A DNA stretch of 62,931 bases, filler included, from Reticulomyxa filosa (GCA_000512085.1; 21 parts of 21 records of this genome joined end to end with filler, not necessarily neighbours in it), one strand, 5' to 3'; positions 12,112 to 25,915 are shown, numbered from the whole stretch's first letter. The notes: a model not told the origin generated them from the letters alone. Program-made: numbers and translations.

Positions 12112-12940
12112 TCAAAAAACTTCTTGCACAAACAACTTTATTGGTTGCGTGATGCCAGCCTCTTTCAAAGTCAAATTAGGATCAGTATATTTCTGAGCAT
12201 TCGGGAAAGTGCGGATTAGCTCCCATTCTTCGATAATATTTCCGTTTGTGTTTCGCAATTCGTGGCTTTCTACAAAGCAAAAAATTTGTTGAACTTGATC
12301 GCAACAATCAAACAATCGCTCAATCGTTTGTCCATTGGGAAAATTAATTCGTAATTTAACCAAATTGTATTTCTTGGACACTGGTTCCGGTTTTAATTCC
12401 AACTTGGCTTTTTTTATTCTTTTTTTGCTCTTTAGTTCAATCTCTAATTTTTCTTTGGTTTCTTTTTTCTCCGTCCTCTCCTCTTCCATTGATGTTAATG
12501 TTTTTCTTTTTCTTGTGCTTTCTCCCTTTCTTCCTTTTCAAGTTCTTTTTGCAGCAATTCATTGTATTCTCTTTCTTGATGTTCTCGCAACAATCTGTAT
12601 TATTATTATTATTTGTCCGGTCAGCAAAAAAAAAAAAAGAGGTTAAAAATCAACAACGACAAAAAAAAAAACAAAAAAAAACAAAAGAGATAAATCCACA
12701 CCTAGAAGCACTTTGTTCTTGTTCGTCGAGTCGTGCTTGCAAAGAAAAGTCTTGCCATCGTTGAAGCCCTTTGTCCAAAACAGATGCAATAAACTGCATC
12801 GAATTGACTTGAGTCACGTCAATTACGGAATGTTGGAGTAAGATCAAGGCATTGTTTTCAGGATGGAACGCTGCAATTACTACAAGTGGTTGGTCCACAA
12901 AGCGTTGATTCGCACCCAACCTCGCTTCCATCTGTACCAT
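12112..12940 (-). CDS. UBX-domain protein (FAF1/FAF2-like p97 cofactor), 5'-truncated, apparent frameshift near 12501
   Basis: RLLREHQEREYNELLQKE coiled coil, then KLRINFPNGQTIERLF..LIRTFP..TLKEAGI (UBX). Confidence 0.88.
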
Positions 12941-14180
12941 TTTTTTTTTTTCAAACCAATAAAAAAAAAAAAAAAAANNNNNNNNNNNNNNNNNNNNNNN
13001 NNNNNNNNNNNNNNNNNNNNNTTAATTAATTAANNNNNNNNNNNNNNNNNNNNNNNNNNNNNNNNNNNNNNNNNNNNCTGAATCCTGGGTTTTATTTTCT
13101 AACAACAAATATATTAAAGAAAAGTGCTTTTAAGGATCTGTATGAAATAAATAAATCAATTTTCTTTATTAAATAATTTCTTATAATACACTATAAGTAC
13201 TTTTTTGTAAATGCAATTAAACCAACAATGAAATAATGTTATATTTAATAATTAAAATTAGTATTGTATTGAAATAACTAGCTCATTTTCCTTCCAAATT
13301 TACAAAATCATTTGAAAAAGTGAATTTTTATTCTACATAGAAAAATCTTATTAAAAAGTCAATTCTATATTTAAATTCTTCAAATATTTTATATTAAAAA
13401 AGTTAGGATTAAATGGTTGTTTTTCATTGAGAAAATCGATTTCTTCATAAAGTAGCATAATAGTGCCATTTTTTTTTGCAAATTACTGTACTTTAAATAG
13501 ACAATTGTTTATAGTTTTTCAAAAAACATTCATTGTCTTATGAATTTGTTCAAAACAAAAATTTATTTACTTGTTGCAAATACAATATTGTGTAGATAAT
13601 GAAAGTTTTCTTTCCTAAAATAAGAAAAAATTTAATTTACTAAAGTACAAGAGACAAAAATGTAATCATTAAATTGAAAATCTAAACAATTAGATTTTTT
13701 TAAACAAAACAATATTTTTAGTGATATCAATTTTCTAATATGTCTATCCTTTGATCAATCTTGTCATTTGTTTTATTGATTTACTCAAGTTTGACATTGA
13801 TTTTTTTGAAAAGGATAGAAATTCACATTTTGTTTTGTTTCTTCATATGTGTTATAATGTTATTTTCTACAATTTGGTTCACCTTGATCAAGATGATATT
13901 ATTGACTAATATTTAATCCAACTTGGTCATGAACGTCATAATGCTGCAAATTGCGTACAATCCAATTGATGTAATGTCAGATTAGCTTTCTATTTTGATT
14001 TATTCTAGCATTCATTTAATTTTTTAGTCATATATTGGTTAATATTTTTATTTTTACCTGCATTATCGCTTTTTCACCTGGAATTATCGTTTGATTTAGC
14101 ATTAACATATTTGAAAATTACAAAATTTATTTCAACAGGAATTTATATCAAAAAGAAATTTTCGAAATCAAAATATAACG

Positions 14181-14312
14181 ATGAGCAATATTGAAGATGA
14201 TGTGAAAACTTCGGACCAAAGATGTTTTAGCAAGAGTTGGATATTTGATATGAATGACTAAAGCAAGGTCAAAAATTTTATAGTTTAATTTGCAAACAAT
14301 CCAGTTGAAATA
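14181..14312 (+). pseudogene. Degenerate N-terminus of a RING/TRAF-like multicopy family gene
   Basis: MSNIEDDVKTSDQRCFSKSWIFDMND*SKVKNF, then LICKQ / ANNPVEI in shifted frames. Resembles the recalled foraminiferan CF.K.W...ICLICKQIANNP.EI pattern; has a stop and a deletion. Confidence 0.5.
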
Positions 14313-14412
14313 NNNNNNNNNNNNNNNNNNNNNNNNNNNNNNNNNNNNNNNNNNNNTTAATTAATTAANNNNNNNNNNNNNNNNNNNNNNNNNNNNNNNN
14401 NNNNNNNNNNNN

Positions 14413-15619
14413 GCTTTTTGTTTAATTTCATTAAAATATATCCAATAGATTCTGCACAAAATTTACGATTCCGTTTACTGCTACCTTTGAGTCCATTGAT
14501 CAAACATGTGAAAAGAGAATCGATTTGTGTTTCATTCAATTCAAGTAAATCTATGGATATATAACAACGATATCCATTTATATTTTGAAACCCATCAATC
14601 AAACATTGAAAAGTAATATCCAATTGTTTATCATTTCATTTCTTTGAAAGTGTTACAAGTGATTTTGCACGTGACTTCCGAACATTTGCTTTACTATCTT
14701 TTAATCCATTTGTCAAACATTTAAAAGTATCATCGAAATATTTTCCATTTAGATTCACTGCAATTATTACAAGTAATTCTGCACATTCCATACGCACATG
14801 TACATTATGATTTCTATCAATGAATATATCCATTGAAAAGTTAAAAACTTCATCCAATTGTTGTTCATTACATTTATTTGAAACTCTTTCAAGTATTTGA
14901 ATGCACTTGATACGAATATTTTGATGTTCATTTTTATCATTTAACTTATCCATAAAACAATTCAATGCAATGTTCATTTGTTTTTCATCCAATTTCTGTG
15001 CAATCTCTTTAAGTAGGTCATTATATCTATATCCCTTTTCACAATTGAATCTACTAATGAAATAATTAAAAGCATTATCAAATTGTTTCTCAGACAAGTT
15101 CATTGTAATTGTCTCAAGTGTTTCTATATACAAATGATAATCACCTTTATTGAGCATGCCTTTTAAAGAATTAAAAATATCGCTCAATTGTTTTTCGTTC
15201 CATTTCATTGAGAGTTTTCCAAGTGATTGTGCGCAGTTTCTACGATTACGTTCATTTTCCTTTTCATCGGATAATTGATTAATCAAACATTGAAAGACAT
15301 CATCTAATTGTTCTTCTTTCAATTTTATTATAAATTGAGTCGCATCAGTTTCATAATAATAATAAAAATATGAAGGAAACCTATGAATAAAACATTGAAA
15401 TGCATTATCCAACTGTTTTCCTCTCAATTGTGATGAGATCGTTGCAAGTGCGTGTGCACATTCTTTACAAATTGTAATCTTTCCACTATCAAAGGCATTC
15501 ATCAAACATTCAAACACTTTATTCAATTGTCTCTCATTCAATTTTAATGCTATTTTTGCAATTGATTTTGCACATCTTTCATGAATAGTTATATCTTTGT
15601 CAACAAGTCCATCCATGAA
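14413..15619 (-). pseudogene. HEAT/ARM-like repeat protein fragment with in-frame TGA at 14636-14638
   Basis: Repeats of about 38-40 aa (LNEKQLDxxFQCLINGLxD..RxxCAxSL). ORFs 14636-15616 and 14357-14623 share a frame across LSKK*NDKQL, where a sister repeat reads LSMKWNEKQL. Confidence 0.8.
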
Positions 15620-16581
15620 NNNNNNNNNNNNNNNNNNNNNNNNNNNNNNNNNNNNNNNNNNNNTTAATTAATTAANNNNNNNNNNNNNNNNNNNNNNNNN
15701 NNNNNNNNNNNNNNNNNNNTGGCGCAAAAAATACAAGCATTTACCAAAGGACACGAGTCTGGGTGTGGGTGTTGGGGGAGCAATTATCAAAAATAAAAAA
15801 AAAATTAATGTTTCATGTATGTGTGTGTGCACTGTCTGGGATATTATACATACATTGTAGAGAAGGAGAAAAGATTTTGTTTTAACTGATAGGATATAAA
15901 ATAATAAAGCATTTGCTTATGTTTGCAAAGTGTTGCATTGTAAGGCAATACGAGACGACAACACTTGCATGGAGGACATCCCCCAAAGTAAGAGAGAATG
16001 ACCATACAGCAATCTATTGATCGAGTGCCATGAGCAAGGAATAAGTACTGGAAGGGTGAGAATAAGAATAAGAAATATTTCCCAACCATGAGACGGTGAG
16101 TGAGTCCTCCACCAGCAAAGCGCACTTGGTACTCCTCCCAACTTGATGTCTTTGTCAAATGTCAATGAGACGACATTTCCACTGAAGAGAAGCTGAATTG
16201 ACATTAATTGCGGTGATTGTGTCCTGCAGGCTCGCACTTCCTGCTGCAACATTAAATGATATATCATGTTGCTGTTCGTCACGTTCAATTGGATAAACAA
16301 CAAACAAACACATTGTGGAAATCAACAATTGTATTATGTGTAGCAGACTTAATCATTCACACATACACATATATATCTTTTTCTTTTTTTTTAAATAATA
16401 CTTTTTTTATATTTTTCTTTTTTTTAATAATCTCTTATTCTTGTATTAACATCCACTTTTGCCTATAACAAGGAATACAAAAAAAAAGAGAAACAAAAAC
16501 AAACAGATGAATTTCATATTTGGAAATTATTTTTGCCTTCCAAGGAAAATGTTGTTTTGTTGTTTTTCTTACCAGTGACAA

Positions 16582-17461
16582 TCAAATGAAGCCAGTACAA
16601 TAAAAGCAATTATTAAAATTAGGAATATATGTGACCCCACAATATCGATTTCCTCTAGGATTTTTGCGACTCCAGATTTCTAATGCTTCGTTTACATGTT
16701 TTGTTAATAAATCAGGGAATGAATTATTAATTTGTTGAAATACATAATCTGTCAATTTTTGAATGGATTGCTCTTTCATGCTAACCCACTCATCGTCGTC
16801 TCCCTTGTTAGTGCCGCGAATAAGTTGTTGATATGAATTGTCAGCAAGTAGCAGACGTTTTCTTTCGTTTTTATCTTGTGTCGAAAGCGTCATTGGAAGT
16901 TCATCATATATATCTTTTGAAAAAGGAGACGATAAATCAGTATGTTCCAATTTGGTGGATTGAATTTTTTCAAAGTTGTTAAAATTTCTTTTTGATTGAT
17001 TTGAAGGGAATCGTTTTGCTGTGTAATTAAATTTTCGACTTGTTCTTTGAGAGAATCCCATAATTCCTTCAATTGGTCTTCAAAGTTACGTGACAATTGG
17101 GTCATGGCATCTTTTACTAAACGCTCGAAATCCATGTGTGATTGATTTAGCTTTGTGGCCTTAGTCATTACAAATTTTATTTGTTTTTTTTTGTTTTCCT
17201 CCTTCAGTTCTAAAAAAAAAAATAAAATAAATAATAATGAAAACCTGTGACTGTGTTGATTGATATCTATCTTCGGCCATAGTCATTTTTGGTGGGAGTT
17301 GTTCAGTCCACTTTTTAAGTTTATTGCATGCCAAATCAATATGTTGAACAATGCCGGAAACTCGTTCATCCAATTCATCTAATGATTGCTACATAACTTT
17401 TTCTGAAGTTACAACTTCTTTTTGTTCTTCTGATAATGTCTGAGTGGATTGATGTAGAATA
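16582..17461 (-). pseudogene. Coiled-coil protein gene with in-frame TAG (17389-17391) and a frameshift near 16968
   Basis: EKVM*QSLDELDERVSG..STQSQ|intron|ATKLNQ..ILTTLKK, then a frame change to IQSTKLEH.. Confidence 0.5.
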
Positions 17462-17561
17462 NNNNNNNNNNNNNNNNNNNNNNNNNNNNNNNNNNNNNNN
17501 NNNNNTTAATTAATTAANNNNNNNNNNNNNNNNNNNNNNNNNNNNNNNNNNNNNNNNNNNN

Positions 17562-19416
17562 ACTAATACTAATACTAATGTCAATGCTAATACACGTAAA
17601 ATGTCTTCACACGAACAAGATCATAATACCAATGGTAATGTTAATGCTAATGCTAATGACAAGAATGCGCCATTGCGCAGCGTGCATCGCCGTCAAAACA
17701 GCAGCTTCACTATCGAGCGTAGCAGCAAAGGCAACACGAGTGTCATCGTGGTGGAGAAGACAGACGATGACTTTTTCCACGAAAACTACGAGTACGACGA
17801 GTACATCACGACCGATACAAAGAATGATTCACATTCGATGCAATCGCAATCGCAGTCGCAGTCGCAGTCGCAGTCGCAATGGCACGAAAGCGAAGAAGAA
17901 AAGGATCGCGCCAGTGTCGAGACGGGACGCAAGTTGACACATGATCAGCAGTCTGACCACGGCGGTGACATGGATGATACGCAGCAACGCAAGTACGTAG
18001 AGACGATCGAGACGCTGCGAAGTCGCAGCCAACACTTGGAACAGGAGCTGCAGAAGATGCAGAAGCAGCACGAGCAGGAGATGAAGAAGCTCAGCGATAA
18101 AGTCCAGGAGCTCAAGGGCGAAAACGATCGCATGTCCGAAGGCTTTATTAGCGACAAACAACGACTGCTGTACGCCATGAATCAAAAGGAAAATACCATC
18201 AAAAAGCAAGAACTCGAAATCGAGAAAATCAAAAAAAACTTGAGCGAACAACTCGACGCCAAGAATCAGCAGATCAAACTCTTGGAGTATGATATCACCG
18301 TCAAGAAAAACGACTTGCAATATCTCGGAGATTTGCTGGACACGTTGCAACATGAAATGGAAGAGTTAAAGTCATATGATCTCGCCACGGCCAGTGTCAG
18401 AGAAATCAAACCCAGAGTTCCAGACTTTGATCCTGCTGATGTTGATGTTGATGTTGATGTTGATGTTGATGTTGATGCTGATGCTGATGTTGATGCGGAT
18501 GCTGACGATGCAGATGTTGATAAGTCCGAACTGCATGCGCAACAGCAGAGCGAAGATAATGAAATGTTCACCATGCAACTCACACTCGATAATCAAGGCT
18601 CGTTCTTGGGAAATGGCGTGGTTGATACCAATATCGGAGTTATCATTGGCGGTGATGACGCTGCGCAGACCAATGCCAACATCGGGCTCATTCCTGAAAG
18701 CGAAGATTATGACGGGTCCGAGTTGGATGCTGCCATTGGTTTGTTTACTATTTGAGAGAGAGAGAGAGAGAGAGAGAACAATAATCTCTTTTTTTAAAAA
18801 TAAATAAATAAATAAATAAAATATAGGATATGAATTCGATCCAAACCAAGTCGAACAGCAACCACCAAGTGACAATGTCCACACCATAACCGCCACGGGC
18901 ACTGGAACAAGAAGTGAAACGCGACTGCAAGAGCAAACGGAAACAAAGATAGGAACAGTAGATACAAGAACAAGACCAGTAGAGACGAATAGACCGGAGG
19001 ACAACAATCCGGACTTGCTTCAGGAATATGAACAGCTGAAAGCGCGTGAGGAAGAGCTGAAACGAGAGCTTGCTGAAAAGATACGATTGCTGACGGAAAG
19101 CAAGAAAAAGCTGGACGCGATGAAAAATGTCGAGTCGGTCCATGTGAAGACGATCACGGAATTAACAGATGTGATTAAACAATTGGAACTGAAAAGCGAT
19201 GTCGATGGAGTCGTCAGCGATGTCCATAGCGACGACTTGAATTCCGAGGAAATTCAACATGAAATCGAAAAGGCTGAAGAGCACATCAATGCCAGACAAA
19301 GTCAACACCAAAATGACACAGAACATGCTGCCGTGGCCACCACTACCCACCATGATAATATTACCATTTCTCGTGTCGTCCCTGCAAATGACAACAAAGC
19401 AAATAATACCGCTATC

Positions 19417-19448
<32 letters not shown>

Positions 19449-20303
19449 TAATAATAATAACACTCTTACTATTATCGATGCTCCCAGCAATAATTCTACA
19501 CCAAATAATTCAAACCTTGACGTTGTTGGAAAAAGTCCTGCCGCTCATGTCTTCAAAGCAAAAACATGCTCTTTGTGACTCTTAAACATAAATACATATA
19601 AGATGTCTTTTTTTTTATTATTATTATTAATCTGTTTAGCTTGAAGAGAGGGAGAGGGAGGAAGAAAGGAGGAAAAGGGGGAAAAAGTTCAAACACAAAA
19701 AAAAAAATCAAGGTTCTTGATTACATGCGAAACGGGACACCGCTGCGTTTCCAAACCCCACTTGCAGAAGAAAGTGAGAGCCATGGACAAGACTTTACTA
19801 CTCCGAAATACCCGCTAAATGTCAGTGCAAGTGATGGCAATGGCGGTGATGAAGATCTGATTAATAAGTATGCGGAAACTCCAGGGGGTGGAAATGATCT
19901 CCTTAGTGGCGTCGAAAATGCAAATGATAGTGTTGTGTCGAAAGCTGTGTTTGAGCAAAGAATTAAATTGATGCAAGGAATGCTCGAAGCGGAGAAAAAG
20001 AAAAACAAAGAATTGTTGCAAAATTTGGAAGACAAAAATAATAGCTTAGAGCAAATGAAAGACGAAAAAAATACAAAGATTCATACAATGTATGAGGAAT
20101 TAAAGAAGATGAGAGACGAGAGTGACAAACAAAAAGATGCCATCACCAAATACAGTGAAGAAATACGATCATTGCACACCAAAGTCGGAAGACAAAATGA
20201 ACAACTCAAGATTCTTGAAAACGACAAAATTACTTCTTTAATCGGGTTAACCCAAGAGTTGGACAAAATGCGAGGATTGCTGAGAAATACTAAACAAAAG
20301 TAA
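17562..20303 (+). CDS. Large low-complexity coiled-coil protein (3 exons visible; possibly 5'-truncated)
   Basis: Long ORFs 17601-, 19015- and 19641-20303 joined by introns 18739-18826 and about 19549-19712; heptad-rich segments with SQ, DV/DA and N runs. Confidence 0.8.
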
Positions 20304-21015
20304 ATTTGTTTCTTTCTTTTAATCAGTGATGTTGAAGTAGATTTTATTGTTTGTTTGTGGCAGTTTTTCTTTTTTTTTACAAGTTGTTTTCTTACAAGCT
20401 TTTTGCGATTGACTGTAACCTGCACCAATCGCAAAGTAAATGAATATTTGCCTCAGTGTTTGTTTTTCACTTTTGGTTTGTTTTGTGTTGTTTGCCTTCC
20501 TTGTTAAATAAATTTTGGTAAAGTTTGTATACCGCTGAGGGAGGTACAATATAATGAAAAAAAAAGACCAAGCAAAACGTAAAATTTGACTGTGAGACTA
20601 TTCGACTAAATGAATATTTTCGTTGGCAAATCAATAGTTTCATTAAATGTACGAAAAAATGTTATAGTGAAAAGTTTTTTAAAATAAAAATGTAGTATTA
20701 AAGTAATTAAAAGACGTCCTACTTTAAAGTTTAATTGTCAAAATAATATAGAAAATTAACTATCTTGGTTGTGTTTTGTTCCTTGTTACTTCTTAGTTGG
20801 TTTGTGGGAAAGTTATATGTACAATAACCAGACACCTGAGAAAAAAGAATTAATTAAGAATTCTCCTCAGTTGTATTAATATTTTTACGCTTGAATACAG
20901 ATATCAGAAAGAAAGAGGAGTGCTTTATACAAATGAAGTAACATTTTTTTTGGATTTCGTCATTCGAAACATAACGAATAACTACAGCGTGATACAAATC
21001 TCTCCAAAAATAAGT

Positions 21016-23212
21016 TTAAGGGAATGGTGCCAAGTTTTCTTCTTCTTCAGGTAATGAAGGAGTTGTGACCACAAACGACTTTTCATATATTTTTTTATTT
21101 TTTGGTGAATGTCATGACAAAGAAAGAAAAGAAAAAAAAACAAACACACACCATTTCGGTGTCTCTTCGATTTTCGTTTTTCTCTTTTCCATCATCCACG
21201 TCAGCATGATTGACGTTGTTCGCAGTGTCTAAATGTATCGAAAAAGGGTCGATTTTGGTGGCTGTGACTCGCGCAGTAGTCGAATCAGAGGATGTATTCT
21301 TGACCCCCTCATCGAGCTTTGTTGTCTGTTTTTTGTCCTGACCTGCCTCATTATTGGGCTGTTCGCTATGTTGTGTCGGTTTTTGAATGGACCCTCTCCC
21401 AAATGCAAGGGTACCTCGCTGTTGTCCACTATTTGGAGAGTGTGGAGAGAGAGCAGCAGTGGGCGAAGCAACCTTGTCGGCCGAAGTGATCGTGGCTGCT
21501 GCTGTCATTGCAGTCGTCGTCGTAGTCGTTGTGGTTGTGTATTTTTTGGTATGACTGTGACTTTCGCGAGTAGGTGCATTGGAAGTGGTGGTTGGTGACA
21601 ACACCAAAGGATTCGATTCGCTATAACTTCCATACATTATTTCCGTGCTTGCTCGAGGGATAGTTTCGTCGTCCCTGTTATTGTCATTACTATTGCCGTC
21701 GTCGTTGTCATTGTCGTTGTCGTTGTCATTGTCGTTGTCGTTGTCATTGTTGTTGTTGGACAGCCCTTGATCTTGTTTTAGAGGTACTCGAAGTGGATCC
21801 ACAGGGGTCTGTTTATTCAAAGGTGTTGTCTTTAGCAAGCGAATGGAGTTGCTTGCAGAAAGGGAAAGTAGAGCATTCATGGCTCCATTACCCTCGACAG
21901 ACAAGAGTCGGGACTCTTCATTAATATCGTTTACATCCATTTCTCCGGGAAGAAGTGATTGAAAAGAACTGATCCAACCATATGCATTGTCGCGAAGCAT
22001 CTCTTCTAGCATTTGTTGGGATATCAATTTCCTTTGTCTGAAAGCTGTTTTTATGTGTGTGTGTGAAAAGGATCTTACACAATTAAAAAAAAAACTAATA
22101 CGTTAGGTACATATGTACATATAGTATAAACAAATGTGATATACCAGGAGTAACTCGAACAAAGTAAAGAATGGCCGATAAAATGATAAAATTACTAAAG
22201 AGATATTCGATGAATAAAATGGCGACATGGAAATTGGAAGTGTCAATAAGCCAATCAAGAAAGTTGTGGACTATGAGAGCACAAGAGTATACTAAGAAAT
22301 AAAAAAGAATTCGAGATATTCGTTGTGACGATTTTAACAGTAAATAACATTTTGCAATCCCTTGTCTTGCATTCGTTCTTTCATTATTATTATTATTATT
22401 ATTATTATTGTTAATTGTTATTGTTATGCAAATCAGGATCAGAGATCGAGTTGATGGGATTAGCATGATCGTAACGTGGGGGCTTATATACAGGGGCTTG
22501 CTGTTTTAGGATCGCTTGTCTTTGTTGCTCAAAGGACTGAATACTGCTCTTTCGCAAGCTCCAAATGTATGCAAACATTATTGCAAAAAAAATTGCAAAT
22601 ATGGATTGATAGACTATACTGAAATATCGAAACGTCGTGTCATTAGGCAATTCTTTCAGTTCTAAGTCATTACTTATGTATTGCCATGACCAAAGAATCT
22701 TTTGTTTGTTTGAAAACAATAACAAAAAGTTTACATTGTTTTTAAGGGGGGTTTGGATTGTATTCTTTTTTCGACAACTCAACTGCAACGAAACAATAAA
22801 TAAAAAACACGATAATCATAATGCCCTGCACATAGGAAGGCCATCTTGGCTTGGGTTCACCCAAAAATACATAATGTGTGCCTAATATACGGTTCACGAT
22901 CATTATCAACATTACCAATATCATAAAGTCACTTATAATTTCAAATATTTTAAAATACGAAAACGTCACACTATCTTTGTAATATTTCAATACTGACAAG
23001 CTTTGAAACATTGCGATTACTATCAATGTCGCTCGCAGACTTTGAAACCACCCGTACCCATGGTAGGCGTGTGTGCTCCATCGCATCCATTGATTTTGAG
23101 CCCGAAGCTTTCTTCTTTGGTACGCACGAACCATAAACAAACAACCAAGGATCAAGACAACCAGTGCGAACAATTCTACAAGCCCTATAAATACTAATGT
23201 ATCAATGTCCAT
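21016..23212 (-). CDS. Seven-transmembrane (GPCR-like) protein with long low-complexity C-terminal tail; frameshift near 22412
   Basis: Seven hydrophobic segments (LVFIGL.., ATLIVIAMF.., FMILVMLIMIVNR, GIMIIVFF.., SIFAIFFAIMF.., ILFYFLVYSC.., AILFIEYLF..), long third loop, GT-AG introns. Confidence 0.7.
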
Positions 23213-23857
23213 ATCTATCCTTGCACAGACAACAAATACACACTCTTTGCAAATAGTTTCTTTTCTTTCGTTGGTTTTTTCTTGGAGGGAGAGAAAAGAA
23301 ACAGACTTTTTTAAAAAATTAAAACACAAATAATCGACCCACATAAAAAAAATGATTGCTGGGATAAGAAAATAAATGCATAAATATAATTTATATAAAT
23401 TTAATTGATAATTCCTTTCTGCGCAAAGTAAATGAAGCTTAAAAAAAAAATGTTCATGATAAATTTGCGAACAAAAAATAACTTATTTGAGAAAACAACA
23501 TGCAACGCTTTTAGTGTAGTAAATTGCAATATGGTTCTTGTGTGTCATCTCGCGTTTGTTTAGTATCTTGTCAGATGCACAACATAATAAATTCCCAAAG
23601 CATAAAAAGAAAGATCCCAATGAATTCGTACAAAAAGGTACACTTGTTTCAATTACACGAATACACAAGTAAAACGGTGTTCCTAAGACGCCATAAAAAA
23701 CGTTTACTGTCAAGTGCTTCATACGCTGTTTGCCCCTTTATAGTTAAAGTTGAAGTTAATCGGTGCGGATTGATATGTCTTGCAAATAGGTTGTGATTAG
23801 TTCTTGAATTCGTGGTTGAAACAAACAGACAAAAACTATTGATAAATTGTGTTGAGC

Positions 23858-25177
23858 ATGTCAACGTTAGTGCAAGAGGAAGATTCAACGTTGCTGGCTC
23901 GTGTTGAAAACAGTACAGAGTCAGTGGAAGAGAATATTAGGGTGGTATGCCGTTTTCGTCCGGTGAACAGTAAAGAAAAGCACGAAGAAAAGCAACAGCA
24001 ATTGGAAGAATCGCCGATAACAACAAATCCCCCAAAGTACAATCATGTGACAGTACCCCGTTCGCGAGGTGAAACTAAGCCGCCATTGGAGTTTGATTTG
24101 GATCGAGTGTTATGGACGGATTGTGATCAAGCCAAGGTGTTTGAGGAATTGGCTAAGCCATTGGTAGAGCAAGTTATTTTGGGATACAATTGTACTCTTT
24201 TCGCCTTTGGACAAACAGGAAGTGGGAAAACATTTACAATGTTTGGACCTGACAATTACAGAGGTACAAAAGATAGTCCTCAACAATATATATATATTAT
24301 ATATATATATATTATATGTATGTACATATGCAATGACCGTGTAAAATATGCAGTTGCAACACAACGTAGACAGGACAAAATAAATAAAAAAAAAAGGTGC
24401 AATGGTGGAATCACTGGGAATAATTCCACGAAGTGTGCATTATTTGTTTGAAAAGTTGGCCAAGTGTAACGACGCATTGAAATATGCGGTGACGATAAGC
24501 GTGATCGAAGTGTATAAAGAAATGCTGCGCGATTTGTTGGATGTGGACAACGACAACAAACGTTTGGAAGTGTATACGAGTATGGGCGAAGTCACCATTA
24601 AAAACCTGACCGATAAGCCGTGCGCGAATGTGGATGACGTGTTGTCTTGGTTGGTGAAAGCCCAAGATAACCGAAGAGTCACAAAGACGCAATTCATTGG
24701 ACATCATAGCAGCAGAAGTCATTGTGTGGTCATTATTAATGTCACCCAGCGAGTTACGTTTTCGTTTTTTTTTTTTTTTTAGTAATCATGCCAAAAAAAA
24801 AAAACGATGAATTTCATTTGTGGTTCCTTTTTTTTTTTTAGATGTTGGACGATACAATAAAAACAAGTAAATTGAACTTTGGCGATTTAGCCGGAAGTGA
24901 GTTGGCCAAACGCACAGGATCTGAGGGTAACACATTGGAGGAGGCAGGGAAAATCCATCAGGGCCTGCTTGTGTTGGAACGCGTGATCACGGCACTTATG
25001 GAAAAACGTCCTCACATTCCATACAAAGACAGCAAGTTGACGAGGATACTAGGCGATAGTCTCGGTGGAAATAGCAAAACCACTATTGTCGTGTGCTGTT
25101 CACCACACATGTGGAATCGACCTGAAACTATTTCCACTTTGAGATTTGCACAACGAGCAAAATCCATTACAAACAAG
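23858..25177 (+). CDS. Kinesin motor domain (kinesin-1-like, divergent), 3'-truncated; introns 24264-24396 and about 24753-24841
   Basis: NIRVVCRFRP, P-loop GQTGSGKT, SSRSH, DLAGSE, HIPYKDSKLTRILGDSLGGNSKT. Confidence 0.96.
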
Positions 25178-25416
25178 TTTTTTTTTTTTTTTTTTTTTTT
25201 TTGTGTCCCCTTGCANNNNNNNNNNNNNNNNNNNNNNNNNNNNNNNNNNNNNNNNNNNNTTAATTAATTAANNNNNNNNNNNNNNNNNNNNNNNNNNNNN
25301 NNNNNNNNNNNNNNNAAAAAAAAAAAAAAAAAAAAAAAGGGGGGAGAGACAATGAGCTTAGGATTGAAACAAAAAAATTGTTTGTTGTCACCACGTAAAA
25401 AAATAAATGGACTTTG

Positions 25417-25915
25417 TCATTGGTTGGTAACTGTCGCTGTGGCGGCAGAGGTACTGTTGTCTACTATGCTTAGACCTCCAAATAAGTCGTCATCGTCTCC
25501 ATTCGTATGTGTTTCTTGTGCAGGTTGTACAAACTCTGTTGACCAAAGATCATATCTTTTTGTTTGTTTATTTGTTTGATTTTTTTTTTTTTGTTGTTGT
25601 CCTCTTTTCATTTTCTCAAAAGTATTTCGGATGGAGGGGGAGGGTACGAGAGGCGGTGATACACTTTCGTTTTATTTCATTTATTTATTTATTCTTATTT
25701 TCATTTTTTTTAGTTGTTGGTCGATATTTGGAACTGAAACTACTCGGTGCCGCCTGTGCCGGTGACTGCGCTTGCTGCGGTTGTGGCTGGGTTGCGGGCG
25801 GTGGTTGCGCTGGATAGCGAGGCGGCGGCTTGGGTTGATTGCGAGGGTTTCTATACTGTTGCGATGATTGAGCATTCGAAACGTTAGTATTACTTTTTGC
25901 CTTCCCCCAAAACAT
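25417..25915 (-). CDS. Pro/Gln-rich hypothetical protein, N-terminal exons
   Basis: MFWGKAK..PPPRYPAQPPPATQPQPQQ, and a downstream exon-like segment DDDDLFGGLSIV; splicing unresolved. Confidence 0.4.

Noticed and set aside
14636-14638. TGA=Trp genetic-code reassignment
   Set aside because: TGA terminates apparently intact genes (WD40 at 5747, UBX at 12112, TPC at 47499) and Trp is TGG throughout conserved genes; pseudogenisation is simpler
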